DNA of 52,970 nucleotides, filler included, from Perkinsus olseni (Eukaryota): NCBI GenBank assembly GCA_013115125.1. It is 2 parts of 2 records of this genome, joined end to end, with 100 filler letters (N's around TTAATTAATTAA, not from the genome) between each part and the next. Parts side by side here need not be neighbours in the genome. Positions count along the whole stretch, not along the records: positions 26,537 to 52,970 come from JABANN010000482.1; 1 more part is not named here. One strand, 5' to 3'. Shown piece by piece: positions 37,901 to 48,639 of this stretch (position 1 is its first letter; each line of letters starts with the position of its first letter). The notes under the pieces were generated by a model. It saw only the letters and a program-made list of their open reading frames with translations, ran no database searches and was not told where the DNA came from. The position numbers and the translations under genes were made by a program.

Positions 37901-38640
37901 TCCGCTGGGGCTATCAGGCGGTGCAGAGCGGCAACCTGACACGACGACGACCATAACGAACCCGCACACGACAACCCGATCGAATGTATCACCTGAGGAT
38001 GCAGACCATCAAAGATCTTCTCCAGCACCCTCCCCTCGCTCCACAGCGCCGTCGCCTCTGGCAGAGTTAGTTTCCGCTCTCCGCCAACGACTGCCTCCAC
38101 CTCCCGTTTCCATCTCTCAAGTCCCTCCAGGCCCCTCCCAAGGCCCCGGACCTCCTCCACTTGCCACTGATTCCGCCGCAACGTCCGAGCGCTGAGTGAG
38201 CTGCTCACCATCGCACTCTCTTCATACCAGTCAGCCTCCCTCCGGGCAGACACCACTGCAGCATGCAGCGGACCTCGAGCCTCCAGGGCGTCCATAACAG
38301 TATCAACGTCAGCCTGCAGGAAGGGACCTGCCGAGCTCCTCTGCATGATCGTATCGCAGAGGCCAGCCGCCAGCTCTGTTAATTTCGGACTTCGCCTCTC
38401 CTCATCAGCCCTGGCAATCTCCTTCTGCCGCAGCGCTATCTCCTCCCTCTCCTTAGGAGGCAGCACCAAGGGCACCACCGCCTGATAATTCGCCCCCACC
38501 CGACTCGAATTCTGAGAGCTACGGTACTGCAAGAACCGCATGTTATGATTGGCTTGCTCGGCCGCATGTCCTTCCGCTGCCGTGCTCTTAGACGGCGGAG
38601 CGGAGGTCGTGGATGACGATGAAGAGACGGTGGTGGCCAT
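31988..38640 (-). CDS. Large chromatin-associated protein: ELM2-like start, PLU-1-like helical repeats, C-terminal PHD finger; multi-exon
   Basis: SRVGANYQAVVP (ELM2-like), repeated AxxWxxxAxxxL helices, and PHD CEIC...WITCDVCDKWYHQKCAG...FTCPTC. Several introns checked for frame continuity. Confidence 0.75.
36001..36308. repeat. 30-bp AT-rich minisatellite (about 10 copies) in an intron
   Basis: GTAAAAACTCGTAATTTGCAAATTTTCCCT repeated at 30-bp period. Confidence 0.95.
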
Positions 38641-38732
38641 AGAAAGGAGGGCACGGACACCCAAACAATCCCTAACAGCCCCGCAGCTCCGCGCATGCCA
38701 TGCAACGCAACACCACCTGCTCTGATGACAGC

Positions 38733-39908
38733 TCACGTTAAATTTCCGAGTAACTTTCCAATACCATCTCTCCCTCGCTGAGCTTCCCTCACCGCCCCGG
38801 CGACCCGACGCAGGCTGATCTCCCTCCTTCTTAACCGATCGAGCTCCTCCAGTACCTCCTCCCGCCGAAGCCCCAGCCGTTCGGACACACACCGCGCCAA
38901 GTAATCCACAGCATCCATCTTCTCTCCCGCTGCCGAGGCTGCCATGCTCCCGAGCACACCCACCAGAGGCTGCTTCGTTATGAGCGTCCGCAGCAACGCT
39001 GCAGCCACCGACCCTCGCCAGAATAGTAGCGGAGGGACAGGCAGCCGAGGAGAGGCCGATCGATCAATGAAGACTAGGAGCGCCTTAGTGTGAGGCTCAG
39101 GGCTCGTGTAACGTATCACGAGTATCTCAAGGAGTGGTATTGGGCCTGCACGCATGCACATCTCCACCAAGGCATTCAGATCGGTATGGCGAGGCAAGTA
39201 GAGGACGACACGGTTGAACCGGCAAGCTGGGCTGGTGGCCCAGTCCGTGAGCTCGCAACTCGCCGGATCATAGACTGGCGTCGAGTAACAGCTAGGGCCG
39301 CCCCAAGGTGGTGATAAAAATAACAAAGATTTGGTATCACTAGGTTTACACGCCCGGACATCTCCCTCCACGTACTTCACTTTACCATCGGCCACCCCGT
39401 AGACACCAGCATTGTGCCGGGCGACCTTTAGCCGACCTTTACTGATGTCACAAGCCACTACTTGACCGCCTCCCCTCCCGCGGCTCTGCAGTGCGAACTG
39501 GATAGCATTGCCGCCGACGCCAGCGCAACCATCAACAACCTCAGTCGCATCGCCGTAGCGAGCATAGATCTCCTCCGCAGTGAAACGTGCGATGTTCTCA
39601 GGTGTCACCTCGAACCATGCGGCCCGGTCCATCTCGATACCCTCATCATACCGACTCCATATCATATACCGTCTCTTCCAATCTTCTCGAGAGATCCCTC
39701 TTGGCCGTTCTTGCCGATGGGCGTTCAGCACTCGCCTCGGCGGGCGGCCACAGGTCTTCGGGTCGAACTCCTTGGGAACCATCATGACCAGTGTATCATG
39801 GAACATAGCAAACTTAGTCTTTCCCCCACACAGTGACCCCTCTCCTATGTAACCGAATATAGTACTCCTGTTGGGGACTTCCACATGGCGATGCGGGCGA
39901 GGGACCAT
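38733..39908 (-). CDS. TGS1: Trimethylguanosine synthase (RNA cap guanine-N2 methyltransferase), intronless
   Basis: WFEVTPENIA, VVDGCAGVGGNAIQFA, ARHNAGVYGV, FLSPPWGGP, LYLPR. First in-frame ATG at 39908; ORF open to 39950. Confidence 0.93.
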   Translation of the reverse strand: MVPRPHRHVEVPNRSTIFGYIGEGSLCGGKTKFAMFHDTLVMMVPKEFDPKTCGRPPRRVLNAHRQERPRGISREDWKRRYMIWSRYDEGIEMDRAAWFEVTPENIARFTAEEIYARYGDATEVVDGCAGVGGNAIQFALQSRGRGGGQVVACDISKGRLKVARHNAGVYGVADGKVKYVEGDVRACKPSDTKSLLFLSPPWGGPSCYSTPVYDPASCELTDWATSPACRFNRVVLYLPRHTDLNALVEMCMRAGPIPLLEILVIRYTSPEPHTKALLVFIDRSASPRLPVPPLLFWRGSVAAALLRTLITKQPLVGVLGSMAASAAGEKMDAVDYLARCVSERLGLRREEVLEELDRLRRREISLRRVAGAVREAQRGRDGIGKLLGNLT

Positions 39909-40039
39909 TGGACGCGACAACTGAGAAATTCCGTGGTGCCTTTCCTCCAAGTTCTCTCAAATGGTGAGACCCCTCCCATTGAGCCACTACAGCACGATAC
40001 AAGAGCATTTAATGATAAGACGTGAATGATAATACTACT

Positions 40040-41184
40040 TAGTGAATCTGTGTACGTTTCAGGAACAACGATGGACCCGGGTTCAATTCCCAGCACCTCC
40101 AATTTGAATCACATTCGAGTCCTCTTCCTCCGAGGCATCAGTATCAGCCGTGCGCTCTCCAAAGGTGGCCATGGTCGTATCTTTCATATCCTCCTCGGAC
40201 GAAATCGATGATCCACAACCAACCTCGAGATCTGTGCTCTGCGATCGACCAAAGATACGCCGCACTCCTCGCCCCCGTCCCGGACTACCTCCACATCCCC
40301 CCTCGCCAATGGCTGCTGGGCCGCCACTTTATTAAACCATTTCATATCCGAGGCTGCAAGCTGGCCAATCACATGATCCCGAATGCCAAACTGAAGACAA
40401 TCTCCCTGGGCTGAGCACCCCCTAACGGTGACGACTCACCCGAATCGCCTTTATCGCTCTGCTAGGCTGCCCACGGACTCGGAGACTTCGGAAGCCCCAC
40501 TCAATTTCACTCCACGTTAAACCCGTGACAGGCGACCCTTCAGAGGACGAGTCAACCCATTGGAACCGAGGATCATCTCCCTGCCAACGCACTATGATAG
40601 GCGAATCACAACCGCGGTCGCCCGATTGATCGATAGGACAACTGCTCACCTCTGTTTCAGGATCTTCCATCCGCAGCAAATATTGCGACAGGTCGTCCAT
40701 GCAAAAATGCATATCCTCCCGATAAAGCCGACTGTACCCCTACCACACCATCACCAACTCATGCCCACCATTACCCCTCCCAGATACTTACCGGCAAGCC
40801 CCTTCCAGCCGAGTCCGTGGCAGGCAACACATACAACGGCGAATACTGCAACCAGAGGTTAGTGGAGTCTATCCGCTCCGGCCCGCGATATGGTTGGAGA
40901 AAACGCAAGATTGCAAGTGAGTCGGTTGCATCAGTCTTGCCATTGTAATCTAACAAAACAAAGAAAGCGCGCTCTCTTCGGTCACGTAACCCAAGTATAA
41001 TTACCTCCACTGCTAGGCGTGCTCGAGTAAAGCTGTATGGTTGCTTCATCCGCCAATGGGCTACCGCTTCCCACCAAAGGCTCCACTGAGACCACCTGTC
41101 AAGAAAACGCCTCCGATTCCCGAAACAGGACACCCCGACCGCAGTTAAGCGACATCCAGGTGGATGCAACGGAAAATTGAGCAT
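40040..41184 (-). CDS. Hypothetical protein, multi-exon
   Basis: Protein-like ORF segments (40771-41217, 40422-40712, 40083-40265) separated by short GT-AG introns. 3' end uncertain. Confidence 0.4.
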
Positions 41185-41450
41185 CGCGGAACTAAGGACC
41201 GCCGGCAGTCCCCTCAACGGTTCGGAAATTTTTCGTTTTTGCCAGTCGTACTACCGTGTAGGCCAGAGTTGGTCGCTGAGACCTCCTCGTACGGAATCTG
41301 CTGGTGATACCATTCCGCTCGACTTTAAGGAAATGTGTCACCGGCGATAGCATCTCAACCTGATGCAGCTAATGATGAAGGTCGTTAGACATACACGATT
41401 GACCCTTTCGCTATGGAAATCTCTCATTCAGTGCCCCCCCCCACTGAGTA

Positions 41451-41669
41451 AAGGGCGTTTCACTGCGGTGTGAGTGACTTTGATCGTGGTCCCACTGGCG
41501 AGAAAACAGTGTTTGACGATGAAAATTGAGCTAGAGGGACTCAATATCATAGAACATGCGACGCCGGAGTTTGATAGATCTTCGAGGTGTGCAGCCAGAA
41601 TTACAACGCGAAAGGACCCTTGCATGAGCGAGGCGGTCTCGCGCACTCACACTGCAGTGAAACACCCTT
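41451..41669. mobile_element. Small MITE-like element with ~26-bp TIRs and flanking TA dinucleotides
   Basis: TA|AAGGGCGTTTCACTGCGGTGTGAGTG ... CACTCACACTGCAGTGAAACACCCTT|TA (2 mismatches). Confidence 0.72.
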
Positions 41670-41774
41670 TACTACAATCTATTGTCATCCCATACTACTC
41701 ACAAAAACGAACCTGTGGTCATCCTTATTACGTCAAATTCACAGGAATCCGAATTTTGACTAAGCCATGTGATC

Positions 41775-43163
41775 CTATGACACCAACGGTGATGGGCCTA
41801 CCTCAATAAGGACCTTAAGACCATTAAGATCGGTCGGGGTGTCGGTAGGGTCGAAGCGGCCGTCATGTACCACTGCTGATACCAAGTCGCTATCGGCGGT
41901 GTAGGTGATCTGCGCCTGAAGATAATAAGAATACCGTAGCCAACAAGGCAAAGCCACGGCAGCACTCAAAGCAGCCTGGGTTCCCCCAGACCTACAACTG
42001 AGACGCCCGCACAGGCCACCAACAAGAATCCCGGAGAGAGGGAAGCCGTGGCTTCGACCATCCGGGACTTATTCAAACCCGCCTCCAAAGATAGGGCGAC
42101 TCGAAGCCTCCGTGATTACCGTTTCGAGGTCCTTTCCGGGTATGGTTATGTATCTATCCTTAGCTCGGGAGGAGGAACTCGACGTTCGCTGCTTCTAACA
42201 ATGATGTGGTGGAAAGATGGTACAGCGAATGACCAACCTCAGTGGTAGAGAGGAGCCTTGACCTCTTTGAGGAGTTGCAGCAGCACCACAGCCTCTGTGC
42301 CCTCAGTAAAGGGTTATGAGCGAGCAGATCACCCGCGGCAACACGGACATCAATGACCTGATGGGCCTCGAGTACTACAGGACACAGTAAGCCGTCCATA
42401 AGACTTCTATCGACCATGATTCCAACGCAAAGACCGAGCGTACAAGGAGTGCTACACCACCCCGCACGAGACAACAGCCCCTACTGAACAGCTACTCCAA
42501 CCCGGTCACGCAAGGGACCCGGCATCTATACCCGAACTGCGGAGAAGCCGCTCTAATAGGCCGCCTCAGCCTGCCTGGGTCTATTGTCACTTCCATCGCT
42601 CCCCTGTAGTACCGTTCCAACGTCATCGTGAGTGATGGGCAGGCCTCTGCAGATGGGCTGATACACCATCACTCTGCTCACTACCGCCGGATGATCCCCG
42701 CGACGACGCTTCCCTTGGGGGTATCTTACTGACTCGGTCGACTCTGCCTCGCTCGAACTCGTCTGAGAGAGCCCCAAGATGAGTCCGTCCCTTCACACGC
42801 CTTCGCCCCTTCAAGGCCGTATTGAAAGCCTGGCTCGGCCACTGACCCTACTCCAGGTCCTCCAACCCAACCGGCAGAAACACACCGCGATTAATGACTC
42901 GTCCACCACCCTCGCCGATAAGGCCTAGTACTACCTCGCCATTCTCACTACTGGCAGGAGGCGGTGAACTCGCCCCTTCTTGGCCCAGCATCTCCTCATC
43001 CGAGGACTGCTCAGGGGACGGCGAGGATGCCTGACCAAAGGCTGATTCATCAACCACCGTCGAAGCCAACCCTCGTTTTATCACCTCTCGACGTCTGTAT
43101 CTCATAGGGTAGCGAGAGTATAATCAAAGCAACAGCTAGGCAGTAGAATGAGCCAATCGCCAT
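41775..43163 (-). CDS. Putative secreted hypothetical protein, multi-exon
   Basis: Signal-peptide-like MAIGSFYCLAVALIILSLP followed by acidic/Ser-rich ORF fragments. Structure and 3' end uncertain. Confidence 0.35.
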
Positions 43164-44539
43164 GCAATTTCTCGTCTTAATCACTAACAACCGCGCACGC
43201 CCAACTCTAGCGCTCGCCCCAACTGTACTATCACTTTGCGCTGACCCCCTCGAGAATTGAATTGAAGTGCGCTCCATAGGTTTACCGCCTCATCGTGGCG
43301 TGGGTGTGTTAACACAAAGCTAAACCGAACCTACGGCGCTCGGCAATCACCCAGCGGGTGGCGACTGAGTGGCGGTAAAAATTCCCTCCCCCCTGTTTTT
43401 CCAACAACCCATGCCTTCGCCACTACGATTACTACCGAGCCCGTGGTTCTGTTCGAGTTGTGCATTGGCCGCATTGGTGCTCGACGATGCTAGCCAATAC
43501 TCATGGTCGTTTATAGTGTAGTTGCGGATTAGTCATTGACAACGACTCGTTGTACTCATTCCCATCACCACTTTCTTTAGTTTTAGCGTCTTAACCATGC
43601 TTCACCATGTGCACTGCATACTTTTGGGGTTGAGGGATGATGCCCCGGTAATAGAAAAAAAGAAGTGCGGTTTCAGAGCTGGCCTACTGAACACCCCCGC
43701 TGAGCATGGTCAACATCAATGGCTCGGGTAACGTAGGATTACAGCTGGTCCACGCTTGCCGGCGCTGCATCCCCGGGTTGATCGAGGTTAGTGAGCGATG
43801 GTCTCAATTTAGTTTCCCCGAAGGCGTCGAATATAGTATTCACCGGAAGACTTTTCCCACTTCGAAAAGCCCTCCTTCGGTCGTCTTCGAAATGCCCTCG
43901 GGGGAGAGAGAAAGGGAGCGCCTCCGTCCATGGATGAGGAATCCAAGTGAACTGTTTCCCGTTGTGTTGCTAATCTTGACGACCGGCGAGCCGACGAGTT
44001 CCATCGGTGGTAGTAGCTCTCCCGTTACATTGTCTTCTGACCAGAGTACGATATGACCGGGTGAACTACGCCACTTCCCGATCGAATAAGATCTTTTTTC
44101 TGCTGATTCAAACGGGAATGAAAAACGGAATTATGTCATGTAAAAGTGTTCATCCACTTTGAGTGCTTTCGCAAATTTAAAGAACTCGAGCCGCGCTGAT
44201 TGAGTCTTACTCCACATGCCATCAAACCAAGTTGGATCATGAATTCAGATTCGGTGACAAAGCGAAGTCGGTTTGACAATTCTTTAGGCTCGGTGACACT
44301 CGCTGAAGTGCTATCAAAATCGTTCAAATTGGCCGGAGAGAGATTTTATCGGTGTAGAAAGAAGTTCGGCACTCATATTGTGTGCCCTTCCTGGCTTTCG
44401 AGGAATCCAGCATCAAAATTTGATGAGAAGTAGCGGGCCGCCCTCCGATCGGGCCAATGGGTTTGGTTGCTGACTCGACGAAGTGAAGGGTGGATGATAA
44501 TGTTGGTGTATTGGCATCAAGAGCAGTAGGTTTTTCTTA

Positions 44540-46612
44540 ATGCTTCAGCCGCGGTCGCTCCTCCGCCTCCAGTCGACCAGCAGGCTCCTCATCTCCGCCT
44601 CCCGAGGCTGCATCTCTGCTCCTGTTCGCTGCACGCCACGGCGGTTCTGTACGGGGCCTGTTGCTAAAACTGAGGAAACGCAGCAGAAGCAGCAGCCTGA
44701 GAGCAAATGGAGGGGCCCTCTGGCATTTGGTAGTACAATGGGATAGTTGGAGGCGTCACGCGCCACGAAATTCGGTGGTACCATCATCAGGTGCTGCCCT
44801 GGGGTTGGGCCTCGTGGGCCTGATAGCGTACGATCCGGGAGTGCTGGACCAGATTAAAAAGGCTATGTCCAACGAGCACTTGGAGAACTCAGGAGACAAG
44901 GCCTTTACTACGTTGGAGAAGAGGGACCGAGATGAGCTCAAATTTGTGGGGAAAATGATACCGAAAATGGAAGAAGATCAGTTCGATAATACTGATAATA
45001 TCATCTTAGTGGTACTATCAGAACCTTGCATAAGCACTCCCATTACACCGTCGTTTAGACGTTCAACAGCGAGCAACAGCGGAGAGAAAACCTTTTGCAG
45101 CTTGGCAGCTTCATACGAGATCTACGGGATACAGCGCTCGCTAATAGAGTGGCTGAGAAGACCAGCAATCTCGAAAATGTACAACGGTCTCACCGGGGTT
45201 CGAACCCGGGTCCTCGACGTATCCGTGTTGTAGACACACTTCTACTACGCTGTGGCTCCAGGGGCATCACCAGATGATAAGTTGGATTTCATCTTGTACA
45301 AGGGGCAAAGGCGGCAGAAGGTGCAGCTGAGCGGAGAGGGCAGGGAGGCCTCCCAGAAGGTGGTGGACGAAATGGAGAAGTAGTGTGGCGGAGCGAAGGG
45401 ACTCGAGAACGTCGGGCAGGGCGTTTCTGCAGGTTTTTCCAGCCCATGAGTCGACCGTTGGACGAGTTACCGAAGTTCCCCGAGGAAACTCCCGTAGAGG
45501 AGGTCAGCGCTCTCAATTTCAACGATAGAGTTATCGCAGCCGCAAGACCGGACATGGCAATTCTGTTACAAATGTGATAACGGTATCATGTTCCACAACT
45601 CGACCTATTCTGTATCTAGCAGTCGTGGACCTTGGATATGTCAGGTATGAGGATTCGTGTTTCCTATGCTTCCTCATGCGGCCTTTTGTAAACCAACTAG
45701 AAGACACCTTCCGACGTGCTCATCTCCCCATCACAATAAAGCGGCTCAACATCGAGAAGAACGATTTCCCACTCGGGTAGGGCCTTCTGTCGTCCAATAA
45801 CTCCTCACCCTTCCGCCTCTCAGATGTCCCGTCGCTCGAGGCACTCCGACCTTCGTGCTCTATCGCGGTTATTCTCCCAAACCCGAGAAGCTGGTAGTCA
45901 TCGGCCCTACTTTCAGAGGGTCATAACTGACTTGTCAGGCCGAGTTCCGTCCGCGAGACATTGTGGATCGGATACGGACAGATCTCTTGCATGAGCACCC
46001 CGGCATAACGCTATCGGAGCATTTACTACGGAAATGGGAGGGCATGGTGAACCAGGTGTCCCAACGGTAACAGCGGCCTGAGCCTTCCCGATCGATGGGA
46101 CGGTTGGTGCTGCTCAGGTTCCAACTCCTATCGCAGTTGATAATGTGGAATACTGAGCTGGAGAAATCACAGATGGTCCTGGCGGGTGTCAGCAGCTCCG
46201 CTCCGGAGGCGGTGAGCGGACTTTCCTTCTCAGTGGGAACTCGGTAATTCCCTTGGTCAGGTGAGGGCGATGGACAAGTACCTAGTGATGGCTAGCTCGG
46301 GCGACGATAAGGAACTCTTCACCTCTGTGGTAAGCGCCGTTGTGATGTGCCGAAGGAAGGGAGGGTTCCATCAGGTTTCCGAGATTATGTCCGCGGATAT
46401 GAAACGAACGGATCTCTTGGATGAGAATATCAAATACTTGAACAAGGAAGTAATGCTGGCACAGCGAAGACGGGTTTTTGCGGTGTCATCTCTGCCCGTT
46501 GGAGCAGGTGATGAATGCTGAGATGGACGCACTCGTGATGGCCGAAATGATGGCAGAGAACGTTGTTCAGCTTGAAGAGGAGAAAGGAGAGGCTTCCGAG
46601 CGCATTGCCTAG
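44540..46612 (+). CDS. Putative mitochondrial membrane-anchored thioredoxin-like (CxxC) protein, multi-exon
   Basis: Presequence MLQPRSLLRLQSTSRLL, TM ALGLGLVGLIAY, VSALNFNDRVIA...ILLQM / YEDSCFLCFLMRPF...RLNIEKND...GTPTFVLYRG (thioredoxin fold with cis-Pro motif). Confidence 0.72.
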
Positions 46613-46734
46613 TGTTTCTGTGATAAGCATCTCGCGTTGTTAGTGTAACACAACAAGATTTTTCTGAACTGTCTTGAAATCCTTTTACGTATTACGTGTA
46701 TTTTCAATGAAAATTCGAGAATAATCAACAACTG

Positions 46735-48639
46735 TTATGGACAGACGACTTGAAGGAAAATATTATCGGAATCGGAAAGACGAATACTGTAGTACCGGCC
46801 ACTGGCCGCATTTGTAGAATTGCGAACCACGAAGTATTGTCGAGCAGCAAGAAGGCAGTTCAAACCATCACTGCGCTGCCAGGGGTAGTCGTCACCATAG
46901 GGGGTGGCATGGCCTCTCTCGGAGCTCCCTTCCTCTGACTCTAACAAGGAGCGAAACATGTTGACATGATGACACATTCACAACTCACCATAGCTTCCGC
47001 ATGTTTGATGGCTTCATAGAAGTCCTGCAGATGCAAGAGCTGAGCGTAGGTTATTGGGAGAGAATCCGACTCGCTCACATGCAACGACGTGGATGACCTA
47101 TGATTCGAACGACGGAAGCTTTTGGAGAAGTATCCCTTCATAGATCACCCTACACCTTTCTCGCCGCTTCAGCCCAATAGTCGGTCTCCAGGTGGTCCCC
47201 ATGAGGGGTAGCAACCGCTGCACCGTTCTCCTCGCCGGCGGTGTACATCCCGCCCGGCGACATTTGTGCGTGCGGTATGAACTCGGGGGCATCTTTGGAG
47301 AGCTTGCGGGTGAACTGAAGAGGCTCTGGCATCTTACCCGAACCTTTACGGCTAGCCTGAAGCATCGAACTCGATGAGAAAAGGGTTTGGAGGGCATCCC
47401 AGAGTTCGTTATTCGCCCCGGTTGTCGCCCGTTTCGGACTTCTTACCTTGGCTGCTTTTCCATGTGGTGACATCTCCAACGGAATGACGCTGATCTTTCG
47501 CTTCTCTGATTCGCCATTTATTTTCTCTCCTTTCTTGGCCGGCTTCTTCTGTTCCTTTGATTCAGCAGCGGCTTGAGTGGTTTCGCGGGGAGCGGCTATC
47601 TTGCCCCTAGAAAGAGACACGCATCAGCCGCGCAGGTCGTCGAATGAATATCAACCCGGCCAATTTTTATCAGTGTCCCATTATCAGACGCACGGTTGCA
47701 CGCGTGCGCAAGCGTCTACGTTCATCCGTGCGATCCCCGATTACGCTGCAATGAGCTTTTCAAGCGCCTTTGGTCCTCCAGGGAAGTGGTGGTACTTGGT
47801 AACTGAAAGTTCCATGAGAAGACTACCATAAGAAGCATAGAATAACAGCTGCGGGATTCGAACCCGCGCCCTTTCGGACTAGCGCCTGAAGCTAGCGCCT
47901 TAGACCGCTCGGCCAAACTGTCGCTGAAATTCTTGCCCGTAACTCACCTTGGACGTTGGTTGGAATGAACTTTCCACCCTTCAGAGAAAGCTCGAAGGTA
48001 ACTTCATCGTCAGCCGTCGGGTACCTCGAAGATTGGATCAATTGACGATATAACCGTGACGAGTTACACACCGCCATCCCGGCGCCTGTCCCGAATCTTA
48101 CCAAAACTCCTTCCCTCCAGAATCCTTGAAAGAATCTGTGGTGACTTCCAAATCACCCTTCACCTCGGAAGAAGTTATCATGCCCCGACCCCGCTTGACC
48201 CAGAACCTGTTCAACCCGACCTTCCGCGAGCACCATCATCGTAACTTCTGGCCCAACGTCCAGCGAGACCGTCCGCCCCTCTCCATCCTCACCATTGGAT
48301 CCATCCGGTGTATCGGGAAGGTCCTTCGGTCTTGGACGGAGCGCTGCCTTCAGGAGACTTGTCGGCTTTCGGATGATCAGTAACGACGACAGGTTTGGTG
48401 CTCGCATCGGTCGCATCCTTCTTGACGTCGCTGGTCTGGCCTTTGGTCGGGCTGCCAGCCTCTGCCTTCACATCACTCTTTTCAGTCACTTCCCCCGTTG
48501 CTTTTTCCTTCTTTGACGCAGTAGGAGAGTTCGCAGCAGTAGTAGGAGCCGTGATACCCTCCTGGTCAGCTTTCTTCGTCACCTTCTCCCCAGCCTTGGT
48601 GGCGCTGGTCATGCGTTTGCGTGTCTTTGGTGTCGGCAT
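46735..48639 (-). CDS. Cold-shock-domain protein with PAM2 motif (RNA-binding), multi-exon; host of tRNA-Leu
   Basis: Spliced YTGWIQWFWVKRGRGMITSSEVKGDLEV...ADDEVTFELSLKGGKFIPTNVQ fits the CSD fold. KLSKDAPEFIP fits the PAM2 consensus. 3' end approximate. Confidence 0.72.
47843..47922 (-). tRNA. tRNA-Leu(CAG), intronic
   Basis: GACAGTTTGGCCGAGCGGTCTAAGGCGCTAGCTT-CAG-GCGCTAGTCCGAAAGGGCGCGGGTTCGAATCCCGCAGCTGTTA: type II cloverleaf with long variable arm. Confidence 0.95.

Noticed and set aside
41933-41953. ACCGTAGCCA resembling the start of the dinoflagellate/Perkinsus spliced leader; also ACCGTAGCC near 28292
   Set aside because: Only 9-10 nt match and the GGCTCAAG end is missing; compatible with chance.
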